A stretch of DNA of 64,000 nucleotides from the IMG/VR virus record IMGVR_UViG_3300037520_001276, positions 1 through 64,000 of that record. One strand, 5' to 3'. The position numbers and the translations under genes were made by a program. Of this stretch, positions 26,117-35,921 are shown piece after piece; the stretch's first letter is position 1, and each line of letters starts with the position of its first letter. The notes under the pieces were generated by a model, which saw nothing but the letters and a program-made list of their open reading frames with translations, had not been told where the DNA came from and did no database searches. This DNA is from a virus.

Positions 26117-27493
26117 TTACTTTTGGTCAAAAATAAAGAAGTTTCCGTCTCTTTCCGCTCTTTGTCTTAATGCATCAGGAATAGTTCCATCAAGTTTGCT
26201 ATTTTTAATATTAATAATTGAAAGTTTAGGTAATTCTGCTAAACATGCCGGTAATGGTTGTAAGTTTGGATTATCAGGTAAAGATAAGAACTTCAACTCT
26301 TTTAAATTACAAATACTATCAGGTATTTTAGATACACAACCAACAAGGTGTAATGCGCTTAACTGTTTAAAGTCTCCGATTTTTTCAGGTAAATCTAAAT
26401 TAAATGCCGATCCTCCTCCTTTATGTGTGAATTCTAATCTTTTAATGTTTTCAGGTAATGTATCAAAAAATTCATCAAACCCATAAAGTGCAATAAATTT
26501 AGATGCTGAATCGCCAGGATAATTAACAGATACTTTTTCACCATTATTTTGTGAAAGACCTTTCATAAATTCAGGTTTAAAGTATTCTTTAAGTCCGTCT
26601 TCTTGTTTAGATAAGAAATCAACCAAATCAATTTGTCTATCCGCAGGGTCCATATATTGATTATCAGGAAAATGGAACTGATAACGGAACGCCGGAAGTC
26701 CTGATTTTTCACCAACATCCATACTTCCTGTAAATTTAGTAGGTGAATTAGGTATAACCACATATAACGGCCCTTTACTAATATATCTTTCAAACCATGA
26801 TAAACCTGGTGATGATGTACACCATCTTGTTTCTCCTTTTTGTGGTTCTAAATGGTGTCCACCGTAAAAACATGCCGCGTCTTTTCCTAATTGTCCTGTG
26901 TCAGAAATACGGGCCACTGTCCAATTAGCCCCACGATAAACGATATCAGCACCTGGATGTTGATAAGTTTTGGATGCCTCTTTTTTCTCGTCAGCAGTTG
27001 CCTTAGTTTTTTCTAAACTGAAATCTTTTACTTGATTATAAAGTGTTTCAGGAGTTAACTTATTTATATCTCTATATTCTTGTGATAACCTTCCTTTAAA
27101 TTTTTCATACTTCATTAAGTCACCTGTAATCTTATAAATGTCTTCTAAAAATTGTGCTTGGTATTCTTTGATTGCTTGTTTAACTGCCGGACTATTAGGG
27201 TCGGTAACACCACTACTTAAATCAATATTTGGTGTTGCGAAGTTTTTAAGTAACCATTGGGTGTATTTTCCAATTTTTACTTTTTCCATGTCTTCGGGCT
27301 TTGCGTTAATTGCCTCCATTCCTTCAGGAATTCTTGATGTTGGATCTGCAGCAATTATCTCAAATAATACATTAAAAGGCATCATACCTTTTCTTGTTTC
27401 TTTGTTTGGTTTAACGTATTTGTCAAATAATACTTGGAATCTTGAGCTTTCAACAATTAAATCTCTTAAAATACTCGTAAATCTAATAGCCAT
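26117..27493 (-). CDS. Phage protein (TRWCT domain) with C-terminal leucine-rich repeats and leader ...LRDLIVES
   Basis: LPEKIGDFKQLSALHL, IPDSICNLKELKFLSL, LPACLAELPKLSIINI. Confidence 0.8.
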   Translation of the reverse strand: MAIRFTSILRDLIVESSRFQVLFDKYVKPNKETRKGMMPFNVLFEIIAADPTSRIPEGMEAINAKPEDMEKVKIGKYTQWLLKNFATPNIDLSSGVTDPNSPAVKQAIKEYQAQFLEDIYKITGDLMKYEKFKGRLSQEYRDINKLTPETLYNQVKDFSLEKTKATADEKKEASKTYQHPGADIVYRGANWTVARISDTGQLGKDAACFYGGHHLEPQKGETRWCTSSPGLSWFERYISKGPLYVVIPNSPTKFTGSMDVGEKSGLPAFRYQFHFPDNQYMDPADRQIDLVDFLSKQEDGLKEYFKPEFMKGLSQNNGEKVSVNYPGDSASKFIALYGFDEFFDTLPENIKRLEFTHKGGGSAFNLDLPEKIGDFKQLSALHLVGCVSKIPDSICNLKELKFLSLPDNPNLQPLPACLAELPKLSIINIKNSKLDGTIPDALRQRAERDGNFFIFDQK

Positions 27494-27539
27494 AATTAAA
27501 GTTTTTATTAATAAATATCACAAATATAAGAAAAATATT

Positions 27540-28379
27540 TTAATAATTCATAATCAATAACTCTTCTCCCATATTTTGTTTTTCTCCTTTCTTTGCGGAT
27601 GCCGCCTTAGCAAACTCTTTTTTAACCCAACGGTACTCATTTTCAGGAAACCAAGTGTGTAATAATTCAAAATCATAATAAGATAAACTAAATTTACCTT
27701 TAACCTTGTGTAAAACTTTAGCCAATCTTTCATGGTCCTGACGGTCAAAATCATGATTTGAGTAGTAGTTTTCAGTTTTCCAATAAGGTGGATCCAAATA
27801 GATATATGTGGATGGAGAATCGTATTTATCAATAACGTCTGAAAAATCCATGTTTTCAACATCAGTAATTTTTAAAAAGTGATCAACCCAATCAGGTTTT
27901 GATAACTTATCTCTAAATGTCAAATATTTTGATTTGTACTTACCTTTAAGGTCAATAAAGTTAGATGTCTCAGGTTTTGATCCACTAAATACTTGTGTTA
28001 GAATATAGACGTATTTGGCTGCGACTTCATAATCACCAGGTTCTACGCTGAAACCTTGACTAAAAATTTCAGCCTGAAAACTTACAAATTGTTGTTTATA
28101 TATTTCAGGTGTTAGATCAACACCCTGTTTTTGACAATCTATTGAATTAATTGCTCTCAATAATTCAGATGGATTTTGAACGCATTTGAATAAATTGTAA
28201 TTTAATGGATTAAAGTCGTTATAAACAACTTTTTTAAGGTTAGGGTATTGTTTTAGGTCCATGTTATAAAAACACCAATACATCCCTCCAAATGTCTCTA
28301 AATAGACCTCCATATCTTTATCATAGAAAGGGACTATCCACTTTCCGATCTTACTTTTACCTCCAATATAACTTAACAT
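27540..28379 (-). CDS. Dam-like (D12 class) DNA adenine methyltransferase
   Basis: YIGGKSK, YND, YLDPPY, GEELLIMNY. Confidence 0.9.
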   Translation of the reverse strand: MLSYIGGKSKIGKWIVPFYDKDMEVYLETFGGMYWCFYNMDLKQYPNLKKVVYNDFNPLNYNLFKCVQNPSELLRAINSIDCQKQGVDLTPEIYKQQFVSFQAEIFSQGFSVEPGDYEVAAKYVYILTQVFSGSKPETSNFIDLKGKYKSKYLTFRDKLSKPDWVDHFLKITDVENMDFSDVIDKYDSPSTYIYLDPPYWKTENYYSNHDFDRQDHERLAKVLHKVKGKFSLSYYDFELLHTWFPENEYRWVKKEFAKAASAKKGEKQNMGEELLIMNY

Positions 28380-28445
28380 ATTTTTTTATTGTAAAGATAG
28401 TAAATTTATTATATTTATCAATAAGCGAAAATATTATTAAAAAAG

Positions 28446-28477
28446 TTTTGGCAGTATCAAAAAAATCATTATCTTTG
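28446..28477 (+). promoter_or_regulatory. Bacteroidetes-type promoter
   Basis: TTTG at 28447-28450 and TATCTTTG at 28470-28477. Confidence 0.7.
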
Positions 28478-28512
28478 TACTGTTGATGTGGGTAACACTA
28501 CTGAAAACAAGG

Positions 28513-28599
28513 ATGTCAGTACTCCTAATTAACAATCTGACCGCTGAAAACTGGGTGAATCGGTTTGGGTTAATTACCTCAATTCTGGGAATGAAATAA
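28513..28599 (+). CDS. Possible 28-aa peptide MSVLLINNLTAENWVNRFGLITSILGMK (or an sRNA)
   Basis: Only sizeable ORF between a promoter and a terminator. Confidence 0.35.
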   Translation: MSVLLINNLTAENWVNRFGLITSILGMK

Positions 28600-28602
28600 T
28601 TT

Positions 28603-28633
28603 AAACCCCATCTTACAAAAGGTGGGGTTTGTT
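28603..28633 (+). terminator. Intrinsic terminator
   Basis: AAACCCCATCTT-ACAA-AAGGTGGGGTTT-GTT. Confidence 0.75.
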
Positions 28634-28645
28634 GTATTTATTAAT

Positions 28646-29128
28646 ATGAAACTATTAAATGTTTTAAAAAAATTAATAACAGAGTCAATTTTTATTGATG
28701 AATTTGAAATTGATGATCAAATAATTAAATTATTTCAGACTTACGAATCTTTAAGGGCGGTTTCAACTTCAAACAAAACAGGAAGGGTTAGTTCTGATGA
28801 AATTATGGATTCAATGTCAGATATTTATGACGTGATTATTGATCAATCTAATATCGTTTTAAAAAATTGTGTTAAAAATTGTTCTTTACTTATACGAGAT
28901 TTTAGGTTGGGCTTCGATTATCAATTGTTTATCAAAAAAGATAATGAAGATAAACTTAAAATAACAATAAACACGTCAATTAGACACCCTTTAGACTTGA
29001 GGAATAAAAAATTTAAAACCAGAGAAATTACTATAACTTCAAATGAAAATATTAGAATAAAAGAAAATTTCAATATTAATCAATTTACTAAAATAATAAA
29101 AGGTGATATTATTATTTATTATAATTAA
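28646..29128 (+). CDS. Hypothetical protein with leader MKLLNVLKKLITES
   Basis: Start moved to the ATG 3 nt after TATTTATT. Confidence 0.8.
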   Translation: MKLLNVLKKLITESIFIDEFEIDDQIIKLFQTYESLRAVSTSNKTGRVSSDEIMDSMSDIYDVIIDQSNIVLKNCVKNCSLLIRDFRLGFDYQLFIKKDNEDKLKITINTSIRHPLDLRNKKFKTREITITSNENIRIKENFNINQFTKIIKGDIIIYYN

Positions 29129-29136
29129 TTTAATTT

Positions 29137-29295
29137 ATGGAAAAGAAAGAAGCAACACAAGTTACAGGGTGTCAAACATGTAAAAAAGGTTTAAGTAAGA
29201 GTCAAATTGGTTTAATATTTTTTTCTATGTACATTTTTGCAAGTGCCATTTATGGTACTTACAAGATCATAGAAAATTTAGTTAACATGATTTAA
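29137..29295 (+). CDS. 52-aa membrane peptide with CxxC
   Basis: Translated by hand: [52 protein letters not shown]. Confidence 0.6.
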   Translation: MEKKEATQVTGCQTCKKGLSKSQIGLIFFSMYIFASAIYGTYKIIENLVNMI

Positions 29296-30267
29296 AACCA
29301 TTTTTAATTTATCTTTAGATTCTTCATCTAAAGATTCTGTTTTAACTACCGACAATTTAATATAAAAATGTCCCTTCCCATTGTTTGAATCATACCCCTT
29401 GTTTGGTATCCTTAAAGGTGTGTCAGTATCTATCCTATCTGGCATATTTACAGATAATAACCCGTCAGGATGTTCAATTAACAATTTATCATCTAAAACT
29501 AATTGGAGTGGATTTAACTTCATTTTAAATATAAGATCATCTCCAACCTTTTCATAGTTTTTATCGTCAATCATATCTACTTTTATAATGAGGTCCCCTC
29601 TTTGTCTTATATTTGGGTAAAAGTCTCCCTTTCCTCTCATCCTCATAAAGTGTCCGTTGTCGGTGTTTTTAGGGATTGTAAACATAAAAATTTCAGACTT
29701 TGTTTGTGTTGCCGTACCATTACATATTTTACATGGGTTCATTAACACAGAACCTTGCCCTTGACAAGTTGGACATTGCATTTGTATTTGTTGGCTGAAC
29801 ATGTTTGTACCAAATGTTTGTATAACAAATCCATTACCTTTACATGTTTCACATATTTTTTTGTTTCCTCCGGTACCATTACAAGGATCGCAAGATAAAT
29901 TACTTTGTAGTCTTATTTCTTTTTTTGCCCCGTGATATGACTCAATTGGTGTTATTTGTATTGAAACTACTTTATCAGGAGCCTTTGGTTTTTGTCTTCC
30001 TCCATTCATCATTTGTTCAAACATACTGTGAATGTCAAAACCTCCGTTTGACATACCAGCAAAAGGATTATTTTTTCTATTATCATAGTCCCTTCTTTTG
30101 TTTTCATCACCTATGTTTTCATAAGCCTCACTCACCTCTTTAAACCTTTCTTCACCATCAGGGTTTACATCCGGATGGAATTGTTTACTTAATTGTCTGT
30201 AGGCCTTTTTAATATCGTCTTGTGTTGCGTTTTCGTCAACACCTAAAATTTCATAGTAGTTCTTCAT
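29278..30267 (-). CDS. dnaJ: DnaJ chaperone
   Basis: [13 protein letters not shown] motif, four CxxCxGxG-type repeats, C-terminal domain; start moved. Confidence 0.95.
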   Translation of the reverse strand: MKNYYEILGVDENATQDDIKKAYRQLSKQFHPDVNPDGEERFKEVSEAYENIGDENKRRDYDNRKNNPFAGMSNGGFDIHSMFEQMMNGGRQKPKAPDKVVSIQITPIESYHGAKKEIRLQSNLSCDPCNGTGGNKKICETCKGNGFVIQTFGTNMFSQQIQMQCPTCQGQGSVLMNPCKICNGTATQTKSEIFMFTIPKNTDNGHFMRMRGKGDFYPNIRQRGDLIIKVDMIDDKNYEKVGDDLIFKMKLNPLQLVLDDKLLIEHPDGLLSVNMPDRIDTDTPLRIPNKGYDSNNGKGHFYIKLSVVKTESLDEESKDKLKMVLNHVN

Positions 30268-30910
30268 GGATAGTAAATTTATTATCGTACTTTTTAAAAA
30301 TAAAAAAAAAAGAAAAATTATCAAACGTTATACCACAGAAAAAAACGCAAAATTGTTTTTTGATGATCTAATAGAAAAGCAAAATCAAATTATTTTTCCA
30401 AAAGTTATAGAGAACGCAGAAGAGACATCTTATACGTTAGGTCTTTTAACTAACACAACAAATGTTCAAAAAAGTTTATTTATTAAAGATGATGTCGGTA
30501 GAAACATACCCGCTACTATTGAAAACAGTCCTTATGTTTTTTTAGATTTAGTTAGTTATAAACAAGAAGAAAAGATTTTTGATTGGCAAACAAAGAATAA
30601 AATTACTTTTTTAGAGTTTATTAAAAATTACTGTAACAATACTGAATTAAAAAACATATTTACTCTTAACAATAAAATATGTGTTCAAAAAGATACTGAG
30701 TTATACGCATTCTCATTAAAAGATAAAAATGAATCTGTTAGATTTTTAGACACTTTACAGGACTATTTCTTTTCTAATAATAGACTGGATGGTCTTTTTG
30801 TAAAAGATATATCCACAACACAAAGGAAGTGGATATATAATGTGTTAACCGAAAAAGGTTTTGATAAGAAAAGATTATATAGACTAAAAACTACTTTTTC
30901 AAAAAGGTAA
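30266..30910 (+). CDS. Hypothetical protein
   Basis: 214-aa ORF in an otherwise empty interval. Confidence 0.8.
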   Translation: MDSKFIIVLFKNKKKRKIIKRYTTEKNAKLFFDDLIEKQNQIIFPKVIENAEETSYTLGLLTNTTNVQKSLFIKDDVGRNIPATIENSPYVFLDLVSYKQEEKIFDWQTKNKITFLEFIKNYCNNTELKNIFTLNNKICVQKDTELYAFSLKDKNESVRFLDTLQDYFFSNNRLDGLFVKDISTTQRKWIYNVLTEKGFDKKRLYRLKTTFSKR

Positions 30911-31109
30911 AATTAACGTTCCCTATTGATACTACGCACTTGTTTCTTTTTCCGTTATTTAATTCTTTAGATATTTGTTCAAATATGGTTTCTTCTAAAT
31001 AACTTATAATTTCAATTGGATCATTACCTAAAAACGTGTCTTCTATGTTTTCAACAACGTTTGCAAATTTAACTAACTCATCCCTAAAGTTTTCAATATT
31101 CTTCGCCAT
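30891..31109 (-). CDS. Hypothetical protein
   Basis: ORF track. Confidence 0.65.
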   Translation of the reverse strand: MAKNIENFRDELVKFANVVENIEDTFLGNDPIEIISYLEETIFEQISKELNNGKRNKCVVSIGNVNFTFLKK

Positions 31110-31288
31110 AAAGTGTAGTTTTCCTCTTTGTGTATTGTATTTTGTATTTGATCTTTTTTGAACTTCATTAGTTCTTCAGAAAACTTTAATTTATCTTTTT
31201 CTAATAATACTTTGTTTAAATCTTTTTCCTCTACAAATTTACTTAGTTCTTTCTGTATTTTCGATATTGGTCTCCTCTGGCTCATCAT
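31073..31288 (-). CDS. Hypothetical protein
   Basis: ORF track. Confidence 0.6.
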   Translation of the reverse strand: MMSQRRPISKIQKELSKFVEEKDLNKVLLEKDKLKFSEELMKFKKDQIQNTIHKEENYTLWRRILKTLGMS

Positions 31289-31667
31289 TTTGCAAAATTT
31301 TAGTTAATTCTTCAATGTCGAACTTTAAACTTTTTAGATTTTCTAATTTTTCACTTTCAAAAATACTTTTTAACTCTTGTACTTTTGATTTAAACAATCT
31401 TTCTTTTTCTTCTCTTTCTATGTTTGTTTTAATAAAACTATCCATAGTTTGTTCCAAAATATCAATAAGAGTTTTGTTATTTTCACATACAAAAGAAGTA
31501 ACAACCCCATTATCTGTTTCTGTTTGTAAAACTTCAATACCTTCTGGGAATTTTTTTAAAGACATCCACGTAGTCGGGAATTTCATATCGAAACTTATAA
31601 AGTTTTTCAAAACTCTTACAGATGTCAAATACTTCGATACTTTTGTTATAAATTGGCTAAAAATCAT
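31239..31667 (-). CDS. Hypothetical protein
   Basis: ORF track. Confidence 0.75.
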   Translation of the reverse strand: MIFSQFITKVSKYLTSVRVLKNFISFDMKFPTTWMSLKKFPEGIEVLQTETDNGVVTSFVCENNKTLIDILEQTMDSFIKTNIEREEKERLFKSKVQELKSIFESEKLENLKSLKFDIEELTKILQNDEPEETNIENTERTK

Positions 31668-31671
31668 TTTC

Positions 31672-31860
31672 TTATAAAAATATTAAATAAGTTATAATAT
31701 AAGATACAAAAGATGCAATAACGATTAATTGTCTATCTGTATATTCTATTGTTTTTGGTGGGTTTGAAAATGTAGCCATTAAAAAATTTGAGCAAAATTT
31801 AAAAAACCCTAAAAGTGAAAAAATAAATAAAAATGTTTTTATTTGAAAAAGTAATTCCAT
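31672..31860 (-). CDS. Small two-TM membrane protein
   Basis: Two hydrophobic stretches. Confidence 0.65.
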   Translation of the reverse strand: MELLFQIKTFLFIFSLLGFFKFCSNFLMATFSNPPKTIEYTDRQLIVIASFVSYIITYLIFL

Positions 31861-31861
31861 A

Positions 31862-32041
31862 TTATTTTTCTGTCTTGTTATGTGCTAAAATTTCTTTTCT
31901 CAAAACTTGCATAAGTTCTTTTAGTTCTTGAGCAGCCTTTCTTGCTCTGGTACCCGCAGAACTATTATTTTTAGTGTAAAATTTTGTAGTTTCAGCATTT
32001 AATGTTTCAACCAATGATTTAATTTGTTCTAATGTTTCCAT
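31862..32041 (-). CDS. Histone H1-like (Hc1-family) nucleoid protein, 59 aa
   Basis: Translated by hand: METLEQIKSLVETLNAETTKFYTKNNSSAGTRARKAAQELKELMQVLRKEI...; AGTRARK signature. Confidence 0.85.
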   Translation of the reverse strand: METLEQIKSLVETLNAETTKFYTKNNSSAGTRARKAAQELKELMQVLRKEILAHNKTEK

Positions 32042-32108
32042 TTTTTAATTATTCTAAATTGTTTATTTTTTAAAAAAGGTAATTTTTATTTTTTTATTGT
32101 AAATAAAA

Positions 32109-32597
32109 TTAATTAACTTTAATTGACCTTTCTAATAGTTTATATAGTTCTGTGAATATTTCAATATCGGATTTTGTTTTCTTTTGTCCCCTGTCAAAAA
32201 GATTTGTAAAAAAATCATCTATTGCTGATTTAAAATTTTTATCGTTTTGAGCATAACAAATTTCAAAGAAAAATCCTTCAAAAAAAGAAAGATCCTCTTC
32301 ATTCAAATTAAACTTAATGTTTTCTTTTTTGAAGTTTTCTAACGTTTTATTTAAACACCATTTTAAGTGATCTTTTTTTTGTTTTTCTGTCATCCCTACT
32401 TTGGTTACCGTTTCCTCAAAATCATCACCAAGATATGTGTCTTTAACTAAATTTAAAAACGATAAACAAAAATCTCTAAAAAGTTCAGTAAGTTCGGGAA
32501 TGATATTATTGGCTAAATACCAAGCGGTAATATCGTCTTGGTCCATTGGTTTTGCTAACCAATCAAAAAAACGACCCATATTATTATCAATCATCAT
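32109..32597 (-). CDS. Hypothetical protein
   Basis: ORF track. Confidence 0.8.
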   Translation of the reverse strand: MMIDNNMGRFFDWLAKPMDQDDITAWYLANNIIPELTELFRDFCLSFLNLVKDTYLGDDFEETVTKVGMTEKQKKDHLKWCLNKTLENFKKENIKFNLNEEDLSFFEGFFFEICYAQNDKNFKSAIDDFFTNLFDRGQKKTKSDIEIFTELYKLLERSIKVN

Positions 32598-32636
32598 GTA
32601 TCAATAATAATATGGGTTTATCCAAAATAAAAGGTT

Positions 32637-33809
32637 TTATTGTGTTTTTTTTCCGTATGAAATAAGATTTTTAATTTTTTGAATATCTTCTAATATTACT
32701 TTTTCTTCTTTAGACTCTAATTTCATCATAATTTTAGATGCTTTATCTGTGTTTTCACCAGCCTCATCGTTTACCGGTTGTACTGATTTATTATACGCCT
32801 TTCTTTTCAGTTTAGCAAGTAAATTATCTTTTCTTATTTTGTTTCTTTCTTTATTAACAGGTGTTTCTACTGAATTGGCCCATTCAGGGTTATTACCTGT
32901 TCTTGAAGATCCTACAAGTAAATCGTCCATCCATTCTTCATTTGGTTTAATTCCGTCATTAAAATCTAAGTTTTCTAACCCAGCCGCTGTAAAATTTTTC
33001 ACATAATCATCAACAGCGTCAGATGGTATATACGCCTTTTTAGACATTTTAGCTAACTCACCATTTCCTTTAGGGAAGTGTTTAGCATCCATTTCATAAT
33101 CACCCTTAGAACCACCTTTTAAGTAGTCTTTCATTTTTTTAACAACACTATTAATGTAATCATCATTTTCTTTTTTAGATCTTGATTGTGCACTTTTAGT
33201 TACGTTATTAACTTTAGTCTTTTTATTTTTCTTTTTCTTTTCCTCTAAAACAATATTTTCAATAATATTAATAACTTCATTTTCTTTAAAATAGAATGTC
33301 TCATTTGTTGATTCGTCAAGAGTTATTTTATATGTTATACTTTCCTTTCTAAGAAGTTTAAAATCTTCCGAATCAATTTTATTATTTTTGTTTTTATCTA
33401 TGGCTCTCTGTCTGCCATATAACTTTTCTTTAACTTCTGATTTTTTAGATCTTAATTTTGCAAAATCGTTTGCCCCTATTTTATTATATGGTTTTGCTTG
33501 TTTTGCAATATGTTGTTGTCCTTTAGAAAGTGTTTTAGACTCTTTAAATTCACCTTCCATATATCCACATTCAGAACATTCTCCTTCAACCATATTACCG
33601 CTACCACATTCTGAACACATTCCTCTACTTTCTTCCATGTATCCACACTCTTTGCACTCACCTTCATACATATTTCCACTTCCACACTCTGAGCATAATT
33701 CTTTTTTCATATTTTTATCTTCAAAAATTTTATTTCCTAGTGAATGAATTCTTTTTTTTATTTCTTCCGAAATAACTTTATCAACTATTTTTAAACTATC
33801 ACTTCTCAT
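32637..33809 (-). CDS. Putative head-associated protein with tandem CxxC repeats and an EF-hand-like motif
   Basis: 2x CSECGSGNMxEGECxECGYME; DKNKNNKIDSEDF; TATTTATT 4 nt upstream. Confidence 0.75.
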   Translation of the reverse strand: MRSDSLKIVDKVISEEIKKRIHSLGNKIFEDKNMKKELCSECGSGNMYEGECKECGYMEESRGMCSECGSGNMVEGECSECGYMEGEFKESKTLSKGQQHIAKQAKPYNKIGANDFAKLRSKKSEVKEKLYGRQRAIDKNKNNKIDSEDFKLLRKESITYKITLDESTNETFYFKENEVINIIENIVLEEKKKKNKKTKVNNVTKSAQSRSKKENDDYINSVVKKMKDYLKGGSKGDYEMDAKHFPKGNGELAKMSKKAYIPSDAVDDYVKNFTAAGLENLDFNDGIKPNEEWMDDLLVGSSRTGNNPEWANSVETPVNKERNKIRKDNLLAKLKRKAYNKSVQPVNDEAGENTDKASKIMMKLESKEEKVILEDIQKIKNLISYGKKTQ

Positions 33810-33840
33810 AATTAATAAATATCTCGATAGTCATAAAGTT

Positions 33841-34335
33841 TTATTTAATTGATTTTAAAATTATCTTTTTGATTTCTTCTTCACTTAATCCTGTTCTTAG
33901 TGACACATTTTCAATCGCTTCACTAAGTGGTGATTTTTTTATTTTTCTCGGTTTAACTTCTCTTACAGGTTTATCTTTACTATCCCCCTGACTACAATAT
34001 GGAAAAGTTTTACATTTTTTATTAAACGAAACAAAAGAACCGCCAGGTATTTGTGTTCTTTTATATGATCTACCGGAACCTATTGGGTGATTACCTCGCA
34101 TATTAACGTCTTCAAACCCTGGCGCATCATAAGCACCAACAGAAGATGATGAGGTCGCTTCTTTAAATTCGCCCTCCATTCTTTTGTATTCTTCCTTTGC
34201 CTCCTCATCATTAGAAAACATAGAAAAAGCCGGACCTTCAAAACCACCAGCAGAACCTGCACCTGTAGCCTCTTTAGGTTCATCTTTAACTTTTTTTAAA
34301 GACTTTTTTATTAACTCATTTAATAATTTATCCAT
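33841..34335 (-). CDS. Hypothetical protein (repeated KEAT..S.G motifs, CKTFPYCSQG)
   Basis: ORF track. Confidence 0.75.
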   Translation of the reverse strand: MDKLLNELIKKSLKKVKDEPKEATGAGSAGGFEGPAFSMFSNDEEAKEEYKRMEGEFKEATSSSSVGAYDAPGFEDVNMRGNHPIGSGRSYKRTQIPGGSFVSFNKKCKTFPYCSQGDSKDKPVREVKPRKIKKSPLSEAIENVSLRTGLSEEEIKKIILKSIK

Positions 34336-34583
34336 TACTTCTTATTTTTTAAACTTCCTTGCCATGTGTTCTTTTTTGTCCACATTGTGTAATAAAACTC
34401 GGCCATCATATTGGTAAATATTTCATTAAAATCAGGTCTTAGTGATCCGTTTTTTAATTCTTTGCCCATTTTTTTAATTAATGTATCCTCAAATTTTTTA
34501 ACTGTAGGTTCTCCAAGAAAATCTTTTATCTCTTTTCTAACTAACGTTTCTAATTCTTTTTTTTCTTGTGGTGAAAGTGCCAT
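34335..34583 (-). CDS. Hypothetical protein
   Basis: ORF track. Confidence 0.75.
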   Translation of the reverse strand: MALSPQEKKELETLVRKEIKDFLGEPTVKKFEDTLIKKMGKELKNGSLRPDFNEIFTNMMAEFYYTMWTKKNTWQGSLKNKK

Positions 34584-34996
34584 TATTTAAATAATTGAAT
34601 ATAAACGAAGGAAGCCATTAAAACTCCGGAAGCAATTTCAACAATATTTGATTTTATTCCTGACCATTTTAATTTACCTCTTAGGTCCTTATTATCTTGT
34701 TCTACAAGTTTGTATTTTTCTTCAACACCAGCAACTATTAGTTGATTATTAACGTCTTTCTGCTCTAATTTTGATATAACTGAATCCTGCTTAACTATCT
34801 TTTTTTGTAATTCAATTATTTCAAAATCAGTTAATTTTTTTAACTCTCTTAATTTATCTAACTCATTTAAGTCAGTTTCTATTTGTCTACCCACTTCAGT
34901 AGGAAAACATATTTGTGTGGTGTCTTTTTTAACTTCTTTTTGTGAATATGAGTATGTCGATACTATCACAAAAAATAAAACTAATATTTTTTTCAT
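34583..34996 (-). CDS. Exported coiled-coil protein with C-terminal hydrophobic anchor (spanin-like candidate)
   Basis: Signal peptide MKKILVLFFVIVSTYSYS-Q, coiled coil, hydrophobic C-terminus. Confidence 0.6.
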   Translation of the reverse strand: MKKILVLFFVIVSTYSYSQKEVKKDTTQICFPTEVGRQIETDLNELDKLRELKKLTDFEIIELQKKIVKQDSVISKLEQKDVNNQLIVAGVEEKYKLVEQDNKDLRGKLKWSGIKSNIVEIASGVLMASFVYIQLFK

Positions 34997-34998
34997 AT

Positions 34999-35352
34999 TT
35001 AAAACTTATATCTTTTTCTCAATGAGCTATCAATTTGTTTATTAGTCCAACCCGGTATTTCTTTGGCCTTTTCATCATAATAGTTGTTTATTACTGTTTT
35101 TTGTGCTCTTATATTTTCAATGGTCTCATCAATTTTTTCTATGTCTTTTTTATAAACTGATATCGAGTCATCTAAATCTTTTTGTTTTTGTTTAAGGTCA
35201 TTAATTTTAGTATCTAACTGTTGTAATTTGTATTTCAACAACTCACTCTTGTCAGGTGCCGGAGTTAAAACTTTAACCAATAAAAAGACAACAACACCAA
35301 TTAATAGTGTTAATAATATTTCTTTAAAATATTTTTTTATAAAATTTTTCAT
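34999..35352 (-). CDS. N-terminal TM + coiled-coil protein (inner-spanin-like candidate)
   Basis: ILLTLLIGVVVFLLV then heptad repeats. Confidence 0.6.
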   Translation of the reverse strand: MKNFIKKYFKEILLTLLIGVVVFLLVKVLTPAPDKSELLKYKLQQLDTKINDLKQKQKDLDDSISVYKKDIEKIDETIENIRAQKTVINNYYDEKAKEIPGWTNKQIDSSLRKRYKF

Positions 35353-35921
35353 TACTTTTCTTCTTCTTTTTTAAATTCAGTTTTTCTTCTATTAGATAAA
35401 ATTTTAGCCCACTTAGATTTGAACTTATTATAGTAACCTGTTAATTTATTTATTAGTTCTGTAAGTTTTTCGTCTAATTTAATCATATCTCCGTTGATAT
35501 ATACTCCGTTGTTTTCTCCAATAGAGAAGAAGAATTCCAAATCAAAATCAATGACTTTACCGCTCCATTGTACTTCGTTTGGGTACATGTTTAAAACACC
35601 AAAATCAGACAAATCTGATACTTCAGAAACAAACTCATCCATAGTTTCTTGATAAGCGGTTTTTTCATCTGTAGTTAATTCAACGTCTTTTTTTTCTTTA
35701 CCATGTAATGTTAAAAGACCTCCTGATATTCTATAAGACTTACTTTTATCTCTTTTCTCTACTTCAGGTTTTTCATCTTGTACATCAGCAGTTTCATACC
35801 CTTGCTCATCATCTTCAATGTTATCTTCTATACTTTTTGCTAAATTTATTCTTGATGCCTGTTCTTGTAGCATTCTCGATCTTTTTAACAAATTTTTAAT
35901 TTCGTCGTACTGATTACTCAT
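35352..35921 (-). CDS. Hypothetical protein
   Basis: ORF track. Confidence 0.8.
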   Translation of the reverse strand: MSNQYDEIKNLLKRSRMLQEQASRINLAKSIEDNIEDDEQGYETADVQDEKPEVEKRDKSKSYRISGGLLTLHGKEKKDVELTTDEKTAYQETMDEFVSEVSDLSDFGVLNMYPNEVQWSGKVIDFDLEFFFSIGENNGVYINGDMIKLDEKLTELINKLTGYYNKFKSKWAKILSNRRKTEFKKEEEK

